Made by a program: the position numbers and the translations under genes. 58,757 nucleotides of DNA from an uncultured Solirubrobacterales bacterium. GTDB taxonomy: Bacteria > Actinomycetota > Thermoleophilia > Solirubrobacterales > 70-9. Under the pieces are notes generated by a model. That model was not told the origin of the DNA. It did not search any database and was given only the letters and a program-made list of their open reading frames with translations. This document shows, piece after piece, positions 7,530-18,151 of this stretch. The stretch covers positions 1-58,757 of the forward strand of contig CAITDZ010000128.1 in assembly GCA_903891285.1 (NCBI GenBank). Reading direction: 5' to 3'. Position 1 is the first letter of the stretch. Each line of letters opens with the position of its first letter.

Positions 7530-8517
7530 GGACGGAAAACCCGGCCCCATCCCCCCTGGAACCCGGGACGTACTTCCCGACGAGATGCGTGAGCTCCGGA
7601 GGATCGAGGCAGCCCTGATGTCCGAGTTCGCCCGCTCGGGCTACTCGGAGGTCAGCACACCGACCATCGAGTACGCCGAGCTTCTCGGTCGCGGAGGCAG
7701 GCGCGGTGGCCCGCTCTATCGCTTCCTCGACGACCGTGGCGAGCTGGTCGCGCTGAGGAACGACATGACGGTTCCGATTGCCCGGCTCGCAGCGGCCAGA
7801 CTGGGTGAGGTTGACCCGCCCTGGCGGCTCTCGTACCTCGGGTCATCCTTCCGGACCACTTCCCCTCGCAGGGCCGATCTGCGCGAGTCCGGCCAGGCCG
7901 GGATCGAGCTGATCGGCCCGGAGGATGCGGACGGGACTGCTGAGGTGCTCACCGTTCTCGATCGCTCACTGGCAGGAGTTGGGGTCTCGGAGGTCGTGAT
8001 CTGCATCGGGGACGCCTCTCTCTGGCCATCCCTCCTGGAGGAGTCCGGACTGGCGATGGCCGAATCAGCCCTCTGCCTGGAAGCTCTCGCAAGGGGGGAC
8101 CTGGTCGAGCTCGAGGAGACCCTCACCTCGGGTGCTTCCGATCTGGGGGAGAGAGGTCGTGAATTGGTCTCGATCTCCCGCACGAGGGGCGACGTCGGCG
8201 TGCTCGCTGAGCTCGGGGCAGCGGAGACCGCCGCAAGTCGGGCAAGCGCGGCGCGCCTCGGGGCAGTGGCCGCGGCATTGGAGAGGGAGGCCCTGGCTGC
8301 CGAAATCGTCTTCGACCTCGGTATGGCAAGGGATCCGGACTACTACTCGGGGGAGGTTTACGAGGTCTATTCGAAGCGCCTTGGCAAGTCGATGGGTGGC
8401 GGCGGCAGGTACGACGGTCTGCTGGAACAGTTCGGGGTCGAGCTCCCGGCAGTCGGGTTCAGCCTGAGTCTCGAGCGCCTCCATGCCGCACTGATCGAAG
8501 GTCCGGTGGCTCCGTGA
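7522..8517 (+). CDS. hisZ: ATP phosphoribosyltransferase regulatory subunit HisZ (HisRS paralogue)
   Basis: PPGTRDVLPDE...GYSEVSTPTIEY is class-II aaRS-like. It lies directly upstream of a short-form hisG. GTG 7522 overlaps the murA stop; the ORF-track start is 7492. Confidence 0.85.
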   Translation: MTEDGKPGPIPPGTRDVLPDEMRELRRIEAALMSEFARSGYSEVSTPTIEYAELLGRGGRRGGPLYRFLDDRGELVALRNDMTVPIARLAAARLGEVDPPWRLSYLGSSFRTTSPRRADLRESGQAGIELIGPEDADGTAEVLTVLDRSLAGVGVSEVVICIGDASLWPSLLEESGLAMAESALCLEALARGDLVELEETLTSGASDLGERGRELVSISRTRGDVGVLAELGAAETAASRASAARLGAVAAALEREALAAEIVFDLGMARDPDYYSGEVYEVYSKRLGKSMGGGGRYDGLLEQFGVELPAVGFSLSLERLHAALIEGPVAP

Positions 8518-9164
8518 GTACCACGCTCGCGATACCGAGGGGGGCACTTTTCGAGCCCGTCGTCGAGCTCCTCGTGGGGGCCGACCTCATTTCGAAGGGA
8601 CTTGTCGATGACAGCCGTCTCCTGGTTTTCGAAGAAGGTGGAATCCGGCTACTCACCGTACGTCCGTCCGATGTGCCGACCTACGTGGAGGCCGGTGCGG
8701 CCGACCTCGGGATTACCGGGAAGGACGTCCTGATCGAGCAGCGGGATCTCGACTTCGTCGAGGTCGACGATCTCGGGATCGGTTCCTGTCGGATGGTCCT
8801 GGCAGCCATTGCCGGTGATTCGGGGCCGGCCGAACATGAGAGGCGTCTCGGCTTGATGAAGGTCGCTTCGAAATATCCGAGAGTCGCCCGTGAATACTTT
8901 GCCTCGCTTGGCCGGCAGGTCGAGGTAGTCGAGCTGAAGGGGTCAGTGGAGATCGCCCCTGTGGTCGGTCTTGCCGACGCGATCGTGGATCTCGTGGCGA
9001 CGGGGAGGACGCTGAAGGAGAACGGACTCGAGGAGAGGGAGGAGATCTTCACATCTTCAGCCCGCCTGATCGCCAATGTCGCCTTCTATCGGACTCGATC
9101 GGCAGAGGCGGATCGAATCAGGGAGGCGCTTCGGGCCGCGCGGCAAACAACGGCGTCGACCTGA
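8514..9164 (+). CDS. hisG: ATP phosphoribosyltransferase, short form
   Basis: 216 aa. RLLTVRPSDVPTYVEAGAADLGITGKDVL motif, with no C-terminal regulatory domain. Confidence 0.9.
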   Translation: MSTTLAIPRGALFEPVVELLVGADLISKGLVDDSRLLVFEEGGIRLLTVRPSDVPTYVEAGAADLGITGKDVLIEQRDLDFVEVDDLGIGSCRMVLAAIAGDSGPAEHERRLGLMKVASKYPRVAREYFASLGRQVEVVELKGSVEIAPVVGLADAIVDLVATGRTLKENGLEEREEIFTSSARLIANVAFYRTRSAEADRIREALRAARQTTAST

Positions 9165-9267
9165 ACCCTCGGGACAGCTCGACCGGCGAGTCCTCGGCCC
9201 GGCATCGAGCGGGGTCACTGGCTAGCCTCAGTTCGGTGGTGTTGGAGGGGAAGGACCGGGTGTTCAA

Positions 9268-9864
9268 ATGGCAAGGAACAACAGAAAGAGTTCGGTGCAG
9301 AGGAAGACGGGGGAGACCGAGGTCGACCTGAACCTCGATCTGGACGGGAGCGGTGCTGAGATTTCCACCGGGGTCGGGTTCTTCGATCACATGCTGGACT
9401 CGCTTGCTCGTCACTCTGGAATCGCAATCGAGGTCTCTGCGAAAGGCGACCTCGAAACCGGGTCCCACCACACGGTCGAGGACGTCGGAATCGTGCTGGG
9501 CCAGGCGCTCGATGAAGCCCTGGGTGACCGGGCGGGTATAGCCCGTTTTGGCTGGGCTCTTGTCCCGATGGACGAGGCCCTCGCCAGCTGCGCGATTGAC
9601 ATTTCCGGTCGGGGCCTCTTCGTCTTCGAAGGCGATGTCCCGGTGACCGAGATCGGAGGGTTCGAGTCCGAGCTCACTCCGGAGTTCTTCGCGGCGCTCG
9701 CACGAGAGTCCCGAATGACGCTTCACCTCGGGCTCGAGCGGGGGAGCAACGTCCACCACATGGTCGAAGCCGTCTTCAAGGCGTTTGCCCTCTCGCTCAA
9801 GAGCGCGATTGCGCCAACCGGCGATGAAGGCGTTCCCAGCACCAAAGGCACCCTGACGAGTTGA
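9268..9864 (+). CDS. hisB: Imidazoleglycerol-phosphate dehydratase
   Basis: RKTGETEV...GVGFFDHMLDSLARHSG motifs. Confidence 0.95.
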   Translation: MARNNRKSSVQRKTGETEVDLNLDLDGSGAEISTGVGFFDHMLDSLARHSGIAIEVSAKGDLETGSHHTVEDVGIVLGQALDEALGDRAGIARFGWALVPMDEALASCAIDISGRGLFVFEGDVPVTEIGGFESELTPEFFAALARESRMTLHLGLERGSNVHHMVEAVFKAFALSLKSAIAPTGDEGVPSTKGTLTS

Positions 9865-10502
9865 CCTCCGTCAGGCGACCCACCGTCGCCCTGCTCGACT
9901 ATGGGATGGGGAACCTCCACTCCGTCGGCAAGGCGCTCGAGGTGGCCGGGGCCCAGGTGGTCACCACCTCTGAGCCGACGGTCGTCGTGCAATCAGATGG
10001 GGTAGTGCTTCCGGGTGTCGGTGCCTTCCCGAAGGCGATGGAGCGCCTCGGGGCGTTGCAGTTGGATGATGCCATCGCCAAAGCGCTCGATCGGGACCGG
10101 CCTTTGCTCGGTATCTGCCTCGGGCTACAGCTCCTCTTTGAGAGCTCCGATGAGCAGGGTGGAGCCGAGGGCCTCGGGATCCTGCCCGGCAGGGTCGTCG
10201 AGCTTGCTGGCGACGGACTCAAGGTGCCCCACATAGGCTGGGGGCGGGTCGACTGGAGATCCGACAGTCGATTGAGGGAGGGGATCGAGGACGGAGAGGC
10301 CTTCTACTTCGTTCACTCCTTCGTCCCGGTCCCCGGAGAGGAGGACCTGTTGGCAACGGCCACCTACGGCACGGAATTCGCCTGCGCCGCGGGGCGAGGT
10401 CGAGTCTTCGGCGTTCAGTTCCACCCTGAGAAGTCGAGTGCACCAGGCCTCCGCCTCCTGGCCAACTTCGTCAAGATCGTCGCGGAAGGTGGGGCGACTT
10501 GA
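9861..10502 (+). CDS. hisH: Imidazole glycerol phosphate synthase, glutaminase subunit
   Basis: Class-I GATase with GICLGLQLL and FVHSF motifs. Overlapping start/stop with hisB and hisA. Confidence 0.95.
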   Translation: MTSVRRPTVALLDYGMGNLHSVGKALEVAGAQVVTTSEPTVVVQSDGVVLPGVGAFPKAMERLGALQLDDAIAKALDRDRPLLGICLGLQLLFESSDEQGGAEGLGILPGRVVELAGDGLKVPHIGWGRVDWRSDSRLREGIEDGEAFYFVHSFVPVPGEEDLLATATYGTEFACAAGRGRVFGVQFHPEKSSAPGLRLLANFVKIVAEGGAT

Positions 10503-11239
10503 TCGCGATCCCGGCAATCGACATCCTCGAAGGAAATGCCGTCCGGCTGACCCGGGGCGACTATGACGACGTGACGGTCTACGCCGACGATCCGGTCCAG
10601 TTGGCCCTGGAGTGGGAGGCTGCGGGGGCGAGGCTGCTGCACGTAGTCGACCTCGACGGAGCGAGGAGTGGCGCGCCCAGGAGCGCGGAGGTAATCCATG
10701 AGCTCTGCGGTGCCTGCGCGATACCGGTGCAGACCGGGGGTGGGATCAGGGACCTGGCTGCGGTCGGACTCCTGCTCGAATCGGGGGTAGAGCGAGTCGT
10801 AATCGGTACCGCCGCGGTAACCGAGCCGGAGTTCCTCGACGAGGCCGTCGAGTCGTTCGGCCCGGAGAGATTCGTAGTCGCACTCGATTCCCGAAGGGGG
10901 ATGATCTCCCTCTCGGGGTGGATGGAGGAGTCCGAAATCACCGCGGCCGAACTCGCCGGTCAGTTGACCGCGAGGGGCGTCGAGAGGTTTCTCGTCACTG
11001 CAATCGAGGTGGACGGAACGATGGAGGGTCCGGACCTCGACCTCCTCGGTCTGGTCTCCTCCCGGACCCCGGGCCCGCTGATCGCTTCGGGGGGCATCGG
11101 CTCCCTCGATGACCTCGCAGCGCTGCGCGACATGCCGGGCGTGAATATCGAGGGTGTGATCCTCGGGAAGGCCCTCTACGAAAAAGCGTTCACCCTCCAG
11201 GAGGCCATGGCCGTGCTGGAAGGCGGCGTGGGTAGATGA
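10499..11239 (+). CDS. hisA: ProFAR isomerase (HisA, possibly PriA-type)
   Basis: [14 protein letters not shown]...GGGIR TIM-barrel motifs. Confidence 0.9.
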   Translation: MIAIPAIDILEGNAVRLTRGDYDDVTVYADDPVQLALEWEAAGARLLHVVDLDGARSGAPRSAEVIHELCGACAIPVQTGGGIRDLAAVGLLLESGVERVVIGTAAVTEPEFLDEAVESFGPERFVVALDSRRGMISLSGWMEESEITAAELAGQLTARGVERFLVTAIEVDGTMEGPDLDLLGLVSSRTPGPLIASGGIGSLDDLAALRDMPGVNIEGVILGKALYEKAFTLQEAMAVLEGGVGR

Positions 11240-11991
11240 CCCCCCTCCGGCGTGTCATAGCCTGCCTCGATGTCGACCGAGGCCGCGTAGTCAAGGGAAC
11301 GGAGTTCGTCGACCTCCGGGATGCGGGCGACCCGGTCGAGCTGGCTGCCCGCTACGAAGGGGAGGGAATCGACGAGGTCGTTTTCCTCGACATCACCGCA
11401 TCTCACGAGGGGCGAGCAACTGCAGCCCACCTCGCCAGCCGGGTCGCCGACGCGGTCTTCGTTCCCTTCACCATCGGGGGTGGCATCCGGACCGTGGATG
11501 ATGCGCGGGATGTGTTGCGGGCCGGGGCTGACAAGGTCGCCGTCAACTCGGCCGCCGTTCGGAATCCGGAACTCCTGACCGAGCTCGCGACGGAATTCGG
11601 TTCCCAATGCGTCGTTCTGGCGATCGACGCCCGCAGGGAGGGAGATCGCTACGAGGTCTATGTCAAGGGAGGGCGTGAACCGACCGGTCTAGACGCGGTC
11701 GAGTGGGCGAGCGAGGGGGTATCCCGCGGCGCCGGAGAGATCCTCCTGACGAGCATGGACCGGGATGGAACCACTGATGGTTACGAGATCGAGCTGACCA
11801 GAAGGGTCTCGGAGTCCGTTCCGGTCCCGGTCATCGCATCGGGTGGCGCCGGGGAGCCGGCCCACCTGCGCGACGCCGTCGTCGAGGGGGGTGCCGATGC
11901 GGTCCTCTGCGCATCGATCTTCCATTTCGGTGATTTCACGGTCGCGGAGGCGAAACGCGCGATGGCGGCCGGAGGGGTTGCGGTCAGGTAG
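11236..11991 (+). CDS. hisF: Imidazole glycerol phosphate synthase, cyclase subunit
   Basis: [14 protein letters not shown]...ASGGAG motifs. Confidence 0.95.
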   Translation: MTPLRRVIACLDVDRGRVVKGTEFVDLRDAGDPVELAARYEGEGIDEVVFLDITASHEGRATAAHLASRVADAVFVPFTIGGGIRTVDDARDVLRAGADKVAVNSAAVRNPELLTELATEFGSQCVVLAIDARREGDRYEVYVKGGREPTGLDAVEWASEGVSRGAGEILLTSMDRDGTTDGYEIELTRRVSESVPVPVIASGGAGEPAHLRDAVVEGGADAVLCASIFHFGDFTVAEAKRAMAAGGVAVR

Positions 11992-12003
11992 TCAACTGCC
12001 GGT

Positions 12004-13350
12004 TCAGTTTCCGGCAGGGCGCTTGCCGTTCTTCTTGATGCCGGCCGGAGCCTTCCTGCCCGGCGGTACGCGCTCGAGAGCATGGATGCTCGAGTAGCCG
12101 ACTATGTAGAGCCGTTGGCCATCTGAAATCGCGGGCATGTAGGCACCGGTGAAGTAGGAGAAGCGCCTGTTGCCCTTCCTCACGCCCAACCCATAGGTAC
12201 TCGTCCCGTCGAAGGTCGAGGCATAGACGATCCTCCCGATCACGCTGAGGGAGCCGATCACTCGACCCCCCATGTCGAAGCTCCACCTGAGCCCACCGTC
12301 CCGGGCATCGAGTGCATAGACGTTGCCGTCGAAGGACCCGATGTAGACAGACGGTTTCGTTCCTGGCACCGAGGCCACGGCGGGACCTGAGTAGACCCAC
12401 CCGCCGGTCGAAAAGCTCCACGCCAGCTCGCCCGTTCGGGAGTCGAAGCTGTAGACCCGGCCATCGTTGTTACCCGAGTAGACCCGTCCGAATGCGACCG
12501 CTGGTGTTGAGTAGAAGGCGCCGGCTCGACCCAGGCCGGGACCGAGGGAGGAACTCTGCCAGAGGATCTCACCGTCGCGTGCCCTGACCGCGTTCATCAG
12601 TCCTCCGTAGTCCCCGACGAAGAGCGTTCCGTTCCGGTAGGCGGGCGCGGCCTTGATCGCGCCGCCAAGGGAGGTCCGCCATCTGGTCTTCCCATTCCTG
12701 GTCTTGACGGCGTAGAGGCTCCCGTCTTCACAGCCGAAGAAGATGAGCCCCCGAACGACGATCGGGCTCGATTCGCTTCGACAGGGGAGGGGCCGCTTCC
12801 AGACCTGCCTTCCGGATTCTGCTTCGAGGGCGACTACCTGCCCCGGTTCGAGGTTGACGATGTAGAGGCGCCCGCGGGAGAAGGTGGGTGAAGAGGCATT
12901 CAACCGGGCGATCCTGCGAACCCACACCTTCTTGCCCGTTTCGGCGTTGAGGGCGATCGCATGGCCATCGTTATCTACGAAGAAGAGCCGCCCACCGGCA
13001 ATCACCGGGGGGAACTCGAGCAGTGGTTTTCCTCCGTAGCGCCAAACGCGCTCAAATGGGGGGCGGAGGCCCCGAATGGGCAGATATCCGGTGCGCTGCC
13101 GGTTCAGCCGGAAGGTCGGCCAGGAAACCACACCGTTCCCCTTCGTGACCTGCTCGCGGGGCTGATCCTGGGCAGCCCGGAAGGGCACCGACTCGTTACT
13201 CACGTCTGGCGGCCGCTTCAGCTCCGACCAGGCAAGGAGGATGGCAAGGGAAAGGGCGAGCAGGATCCCGGCCAATAGAACGATTCGTTCCGGTGTTGGT
13301 TCCGGGATCCGGTCCTGCCAGCGCGGATCCCCTTGATCTTCGTCAGTCAT
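12004..13350 (-). CDS. Membrane-anchored PQQ-like (BamB-like) beta-propeller repeat protein
   Basis: N-terminal TM helix followed by repeated G.L/V.A.D..TG...W beta-propeller blades. Confidence 0.8.
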   Translation of the reverse strand: MTDEDQGDPRWQDRIPEPTPERIVLLAGILLALSLAILLAWSELKRPPDVSNESVPFRAAQDQPREQVTKGNGVVSWPTFRLNRQRTGYLPIRGLRPPFERVWRYGGKPLLEFPPVIAGGRLFFVDNDGHAIALNAETGKKVWVRRIARLNASSPTFSRGRLYIVNLEPGQVVALEAESGRQVWKRPLPCRSESSPIVVRGLIFFGCEDGSLYAVKTRNGKTRWRTSLGGAIKAAPAYRNGTLFVGDYGGLMNAVRARDGEILWQSSSLGPGLGRAGAFYSTPAVAFGRVYSGNNDGRVYSFDSRTGELAWSFSTGGWVYSGPAVASVPGTKPSVYIGSFDGNVYALDARDGGLRWSFDMGGRVIGSLSVIGRIVYASTFDGTSTYGLGVRKGNRRFSYFTGAYMPAISDGQRLYIVGYSSIHALERVPPGRKAPAGIKKNGKRPAGN

Positions 13351-13380
13351 CCGCTCAGGGATTCATGGTAGGGAAGGTCG

Positions 13381-14520
13381 GTGATGGCGCCAGCGACAGA
13401 TCGGAAGGATCCGGATCGGGAGGGTCTCGAGGCCTTCGTGGCCGGGGACCCCCGGCTCGAAGCGGTGCGGACTGCAGCCGGAGAGGCCACCGCTTACCTG
13501 GTTGGCGGGTCGGTCAGGGATCTCCTGCTCGGGCAGGAGCCGACCGACGTCGATGTCGCACTCGAGGGGGATCTCGCACCCCTGCTCGCGGCCCTCGGGG
13601 GGCAGCCGGTCGAACACCCACGATTCATGACCGCGGAAGTCACGCTGGATGGTCGGAAGCTCGACCTGGCCAGAACCAGGTCCGAGAAATATCCGAAGCC
13701 TGGCGGCCTTCCCGAGGTAGCCCCGGCGAAACTCGAGGAGGACCTCGGCCGCAGGGACTTCTCGATCAATGCGATGGCCGTATCGCTTTCGGACCCCACT
13801 ACGGTCCTCGATCCTTTCGGCGGAATCGATGCGATTGCCGAAGGAAGGCTTTCGCTGCTTGGAGTGCGCTCGCTGGTCGACGACCCGACCAGGGCCCTCC
13901 GAGGAGCCCGCTACGGGGCTCGATTCGATTTCGAGCCGGATCGCGAAATGGAGGTGGCCCTCTCGCAGTGTGACCTCGGAACGGTTTCATCGGATCGGAT
14001 CCGGTCCGAACTCGTTTCGATTGGACAGGAGCAAGTTCCCGAGGAGGCCCTGGCACGGCTCGGAAGATGGGGAGTCCTTCCGATCCCGGAAGAGACCGTT
14101 CGCACGGTGGGAGCGGCCCGTCACTTGCTCCGGGAGTCGGACCCCTGGAGGGAATGGGTCGACCTCGAGGACGTCGTGGTAGCGGCGATCGAAGAGATGG
14201 ACGAATCCCCCGGCATTCCCGAGCAGGCCCCCTCGAGTCGAATCGAGCAGTACGAGCTTCTTTCCCGAAAGACACGGGAAGAGATACTCCTCGCGAGGGC
14301 CGCCGGAGCGGAGTGGCTCGACTGGTGGCCGAGCGAGGGGTCGAAGGCAAGCCTTCAGATAGATGGCGATGATCTGATCGGTGCCGGCATCGCGCCGGGG
14401 CCCGCCGTGGGTCAGGGACTTCGCGAAGCGCTTGCCGAGAGTCTCGAGGCCGGAGGCACTGATCGCGCCCGACAGCTCAGGACGGCGCTCGCCGCGGCCC
14501 GAAATGTCGACTCCGCCTGA
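13381..14520 (+). CDS. cca: CCA-adding enzyme / poly(A) polymerase family nucleotidyltransferase
   Basis: GGSVRDLLLG..P.DVDVA and RDFSINAMA motifs. GGGAAGG SD before the GTG. Confidence 0.75.
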   Translation: MMAPATDRKDPDREGLEAFVAGDPRLEAVRTAAGEATAYLVGGSVRDLLLGQEPTDVDVALEGDLAPLLAALGGQPVEHPRFMTAEVTLDGRKLDLARTRSEKYPKPGGLPEVAPAKLEEDLGRRDFSINAMAVSLSDPTTVLDPFGGIDAIAEGRLSLLGVRSLVDDPTRALRGARYGARFDFEPDREMEVALSQCDLGTVSSDRIRSELVSIGQEQVPEEALARLGRWGVLPIPEETVRTVGAARHLLRESDPWREWVDLEDVVVAAIEEMDESPGIPEQAPSSRIEQYELLSRKTREEILLARAAGAEWLDWWPSEGSKASLQIDGDDLIGAGIAPGPAVGQGLREALAESLEAGGTDRARQLRTALAAARNVDSA

Positions 14521-15256
14521 GTCGACGGGGTGCGGCCGCTGGGAACTCCGTCAGGAGGCGGGGGTCCATTGGCTCGAGACCCCGGTCGGATCCGGAGTAG
14601 CGCGCTTTACCTTCGCCGTGACGGACGGGGGCGGAAGGCTGAACCTTGCGACCGCCCCGGAAGGTTTCGAGGCGGCCACCGAGGCCAGACTCTCGATGGT
14701 CCGGGCAATGAATCTCGAACCGAATCGGTTTCGCCTGGTCAGGCAGGTGCACGGCGGCGACCTCCGTGAGACCGAGGGGCTGCTTCCCGATCGGGCCGGA
14801 GAGCTCCTCCCGGCCCGGGATCCCGCGATCGAGGCGGATGGGTTGGTGACCCGACATCCCGACGAAATCTTGATGGTCCTGGTTGCCGACTGCCTACCCC
14901 TGGCACTGGCAGGTGAGGATGGGCTGGCCCTTCTCCACCTCGGCTGGCGTGGACTCGCTACCGGGATGCTGGAGAAGGCAGTGGCGGCGGTCAGGGCATC
15001 GGAGGCCGTCATCGGTCCCTGCATCGGACCCTGCTGCTACGAGGTGGGACCCGAAGTGGCCGAAGCCCTTGGAGTCGAGCAGTCCGCTTCCGGAACCGTG
15101 GATTTGGGTGGGATTACGGCTGAGCGGCTCGTGGCCGCTGGGGTCGACTCGGTCGAGAGGGCCGAACGGTGCACGTGCTGCGAAGTGGGGACGTTTCACT
15201 CCTTTCGCAGGGAAGGAGCCGCTGCGGGTCGGCAAGCGGCCCTCCTCTCGAGGTGA
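14504..15256 (+). CDS. pgeF: Peptidoglycan editing factor PgeF (YfiH/DUF152 laccase-domain protein)
   Basis: QVHGGD...ADGLVT...VADCLPL...LHLGWRG motifs. ATG 14504 overlaps the cca end. Confidence 0.85.
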   Translation: MSTPPESTGCGRWELRQEAGVHWLETPVGSGVARFTFAVTDGGGRLNLATAPEGFEAATEARLSMVRAMNLEPNRFRLVRQVHGGDLRETEGLLPDRAGELLPARDPAIEADGLVTRHPDEILMVLVADCLPLALAGEDGLALLHLGWRGLATGMLEKAVAAVRASEAVIGPCIGPCCYEVGPEVAEALGVEQSASGTVDLGGITAERLVAAGVDSVERAERCTCCEVGTFHSFRREGAAAGRQAALLSR

Positions 15257-15332
15257 TGAGGATCGGGCACCGATCGGCGCAAAATCACTGTCTTCCGGAA
15301 GGAATCCGGTGATTACGGCAGAATGACGACCC

Positions 15333-15866
15333 ATGGCGTTACGAGACCAGTGGCATCGGGTCCTCGTCTACTTCGGGCTGGCCGAAGAGGACCACGAGTA
15401 CTACGGCGATTACGAAGAAGACTTCGACGCTCCGCTGGATGACGGTGGCAGCGAGCGGCGGTCAGGTCGTACGAATGTCCGACGATTGCCGAGCAGTCGG
15501 CGCTCGGGGCGGGATGACTTCGACGACATCTTTCCCGACGACGGCAGTGGTGGCGGTGGGGTGCTTCATGCGGTCGAGGGCGACGACGACCTTCAGGTCC
15601 ATCTGGTCGTCCCGGCGAACTTCAACGACGCCCAGCAGGTTGCCGACCAGTTCAAGCGTTCAGTTCCCGTAATCCTCAACCTCCAGGCGACCGACCCCGA
15701 CCTCTCGAAGCGTTTGATCGACTTCTCGTCTGGGCTGACCTACGCGCTCGACGGGGGTATGCAGAGGATCGCCGAGAAGATCTTCCTGCTCACCCCGCGG
15801 AACGTAGACGTATCGGCCGAGGAGAAGGCGCGCCTCCTCGACAAGGGCTTCTTCAACCAGTCCTGA
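15333..15866 (+). CDS. sepF: Cell division protein SepF
   Basis: The C-terminal domain (PANFNDAQQVADQFKRSVPVILNL...RLIDFSSGLTYALDG) is typical of SepF. Confidence 0.9.
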   Translation: MALRDQWHRVLVYFGLAEEDHEYYGDYEEDFDAPLDDGGSERRSGRTNVRRLPSSRRSGRDDFDDIFPDDGSGGGGVLHAVEGDDDLQVHLVVPANFNDAQQVADQFKRSVPVILNLQATDPDLSKRLIDFSSGLTYALDGGMQRIAEKIFLLTPRNVDVSAEEKARLLDKGFFNQS

Positions 15867-15883
15867 CCGGTAGAGCACCCCGG

Positions 15884-15889
15884 TAGGCT
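15884..15889 (+). promoter_or_regulatory. -10-like TAGGCT, 7 nt before the proC ATG (leaderless-type)
   Basis: TANNNT-N7-ATG with no SD. Confidence 0.45.
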
Positions 15890-15896
15890 GCGACCG

Positions 15897-16670
15897 ATGA
15901 TCGTCGGATTCGTCGGTTCCGGAAACATGGCAGCAGCCATGGCCCGCGGCTGGGTCGGTGGTGGAGAGGCCGCTCCGACCCGGATGCTTTTCACGGATGC
16001 GGGCTCCGGTCGCGCCAGGGCCCTCGCGGACGAAACCGGCGGCGAAGCGATGGGGAGCAATCCGGCCCTGGTTGCCGAGAGCGACATCGTCGTCCTCGCC
16101 GTCTCTCCGGGCCACCTGGACTCCGTTGCCGGTGAGCTCGATTTTCCCGGGGTCCTTCTCTCCCTCCTCGGAGCCACTCCTCTCGACCGCCTCTGTGGAC
16201 TCTTTCCCGAGACTGACGTGCTCAGGCTCATGCCCAATCTGGGCGTCGAGGTCGGGAAAGGGGTCATCTGCGTTTCGGAGGGCGGCTCCGACGTCAAGGG
16301 TCTCCGGGAGGAGGCCTTCCGGGCGCTTGCTGTCCTCGGTGAAGTGATCGAGCTCGACGAGTCGCTGATGGATCCCGCGACTGCGTTGATGGGCTGTTCG
16401 CCCGCTTTCTTTGCCGAGGTGGCCCAGGCTCTTGCCGATGTCGGTATCGCCAATGGTATGGAGCCTGAAACGGCCCTGAGGATGGTCGCTCTCTCGATGG
16501 CAGGGACGGCCGATCTCCTGGCCAGGAAGACCCCGTTCGAAATCTCGACCGAGGTCGCCCATCCAGGAGGCAGTACGGAAGCCGGACTGAGAGCGCTGGA
16601 GGCGGCTGGGGGGCCTGAAGCATTCCGGGCCGCGGGCGACGCCGCGCTCGAGAGGATGAGGGACGGGTGA
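15897..16670 (+). CDS. proC: Pyrroline-5-carboxylate reductase
   Basis: [14 protein letters not shown] Rossmann N-terminus and a C-terminal ...[10 protein letters not shown] motif. Confidence 0.9.
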   Translation: MIVGFVGSGNMAAAMARGWVGGGEAAPTRMLFTDAGSGRARALADETGGEAMGSNPALVAESDIVVLAVSPGHLDSVAGELDFPGVLLSLLGATPLDRLCGLFPETDVLRLMPNLGVEVGKGVICVSEGGSDVKGLREEAFRALAVLGEVIELDESLMDPATALMGCSPAFFAEVAQALADVGIANGMEPETALRMVALSMAGTADLLARKTPFEISTEVAHPGGSTEAGLRALEAAGGPEAFRAAGDAALERMRDG

Positions 16671-16978
16671 GCGGACTGGTAGAGCTGGCCGTGACGAGGG
16701 GCGACATCGCCTCTTTCGTCAGTGCGCTCTTTACCGTCTACATAGTGCTGATTTTTGCTCGAGTCCTTGCCTCCTGGATCCCGCGCCCGCCGAGCACGGG
16801 ACCGATCGGGGCGGTCCTCGAGTTCCTGCGCCAGACCACCGATCCTTACCTGAACTTGTTCAGGAGGTTCATCCCGCCGATCGGCGGTCGGGGCATGGCG
16901 ATCGACCTGAGTCCGATCATCGGCCTCGTGGTCCTGCTCGTGCTGCAGGGCATCGTTGTTGGACTCATCTCGGGTTGA
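16667..16978 (+). CDS. yggT: YggT family membrane protein
   Basis: 103 aa with two TM segments and a DLSPII motif, in the conserved position after sepF/proC. Confidence 0.85.
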   Translation: MSGLVELAVTRGDIASFVSALFTVYIVLIFARVLASWIPRPPSTGPIGAVLEFLRQTTDPYLNLFRRFIPPIGGRGMAIDLSPIIGLVVLLVLQGIVVGLISG

Positions 16979-17436
16979 CCTCCGCCGGGACCTTCACCAG
17001 GCTGGGACTCGTCGCCGCTCTCGTCCTCGCGCTGGACCAGGCCGTGAAGGTAGCGGTGGTCTCCTCGATCGCACCGGGCGAAGTCGAGAACGTGCTCGGC
17101 CCCCTCGACCTCACACTCACCTACAACGACGGAATCGCCTTCGGACTTGCTTCGGGCGGTGGCCCGATCGTCCTCGGACTGGCCCTCTTCGCCCTCTTCG
17201 CCCTCGGTTTCTTCGTAGCCAGCGCCCCGCCCGGTTGGCCGACAGCGGTGGCCGGCGGCTTCATCCTTGGCGGGGCCCTGGGGAATCTCGTCGACCGGCT
17301 GGTCCGGGGCGAGGTCGTCGACTTCGTGATGGTTCCCTTCTGGCCGGCCTTCAACCTTGCCGATACGGCGATAACGGTGGGAGTCATCGCTCTGGCTTAC
17401 ATCGTGATCAAGGCTGGTGGGGAGGGAAATGGCTGA
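16975..17436 (+). CDS. lspA: Lipoprotein signal peptidase (signal peptidase II)
   Basis: DQ..K...NxG.AFG...GNL.DR...V.DF motifs. Confidence 0.9.
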   Translation: MTSAGTFTRLGLVAALVLALDQAVKVAVVSSIAPGEVENVLGPLDLTLTYNDGIAFGLASGGGPIVLGLALFALFALGFFVASAPPGWPTAVAGGFILGGALGNLVDRLVRGEVVDFVMVPFWPAFNLADTAITVGVIALAYIVIKAGGEGNG

Positions 17437-18148
17437 GCCTGCCCCGCGCTGGTCGAGAGAGGAGGTACCGGTGATCTTCGAGGACCAGGAGCTGCTGGTC
17501 GTCGACAAGCCAGCGGGACTGGTGGTCCACCCGGCCCCGGGCCTCACCGAGCCTACCCTTGCCGAACTCTTCGGCGACGACCTGGCGGGAGGGGAGGATG
17601 AGTCGCGAGCAGGGATAGTCCATCGGCTCGATCGAGGCACGAGCGGCTTGATCCTCCTCGCCAAGACACCCGAGAGTCACTCGAATCTCCAGCGGGCAAT
17701 CGAAAGAAGGGAGGTCAACAGGACCTACCTTGCCCTCGTCTCGGGATCGCCGCGAACCAAGAGCGGACGAATCGACGCGCCGATCGGCCGGTCGCCCCGC
17801 GAGCGGCACCGGATGGCGGTTGACGGTGCCGGGGCGCGGGAGGCGATTACCCACTTCAAGGTGCTCGAAACGATCGGCGATTGCAGCCTGCTTCAGGTCA
17901 AGCTGGAGACGGGACGGACCCATCAGGTCAGGGTCCACATGAAGGCAATCGGGACCCCGATCGTTGGCGATGAGACCTACGGAGGGCCCGACCCCCACGA
18001 CCTTGGACGCCCCTTTCTCCATTCGACCCATCTTGCCTTCAACCATCCCGGGTCTGGCGAGTGGCTGGAGCTGGAGTCACCACTCCCGGATCAGCTGAAG
18101 CGGGTGCTTCACGCAGTTGGCGGAGCCGATTCGGCGACGGGAAGCTAG
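17429..18148 (+). CDS. rluD: RluA-family pseudouridine synthase (RluD-like, without an S4 domain)
   Basis: [16 protein letters not shown] catalytic motif. ATG 17429 overlaps the lspA stop. Confidence 0.9.
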   Translation: MAEPAPRWSREEVPVIFEDQELLVVDKPAGLVVHPAPGLTEPTLAELFGDDLAGGEDESRAGIVHRLDRGTSGLILLAKTPESHSNLQRAIERREVNRTYLALVSGSPRTKSGRIDAPIGRSPRERHRMAVDGAGAREAITHFKVLETIGDCSLLQVKLETGRTHQVRVHMKAIGTPIVGDETYGGPDPHDLGRPFLHSTHLAFNHPGSGEWLELESPLPDQLKRVLHAVGGADSATGS

Positions 18149-18151
18149 ACT
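18146..18151 (+). promoter_or_regulatory. -10-like TAGACT for rpsB-tsf (predicts a ~120-nt leader)
   Basis: The hexamer overlaps the rluD stop codon. rpsB itself has an AGGAG SD. Confidence 0.3.
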
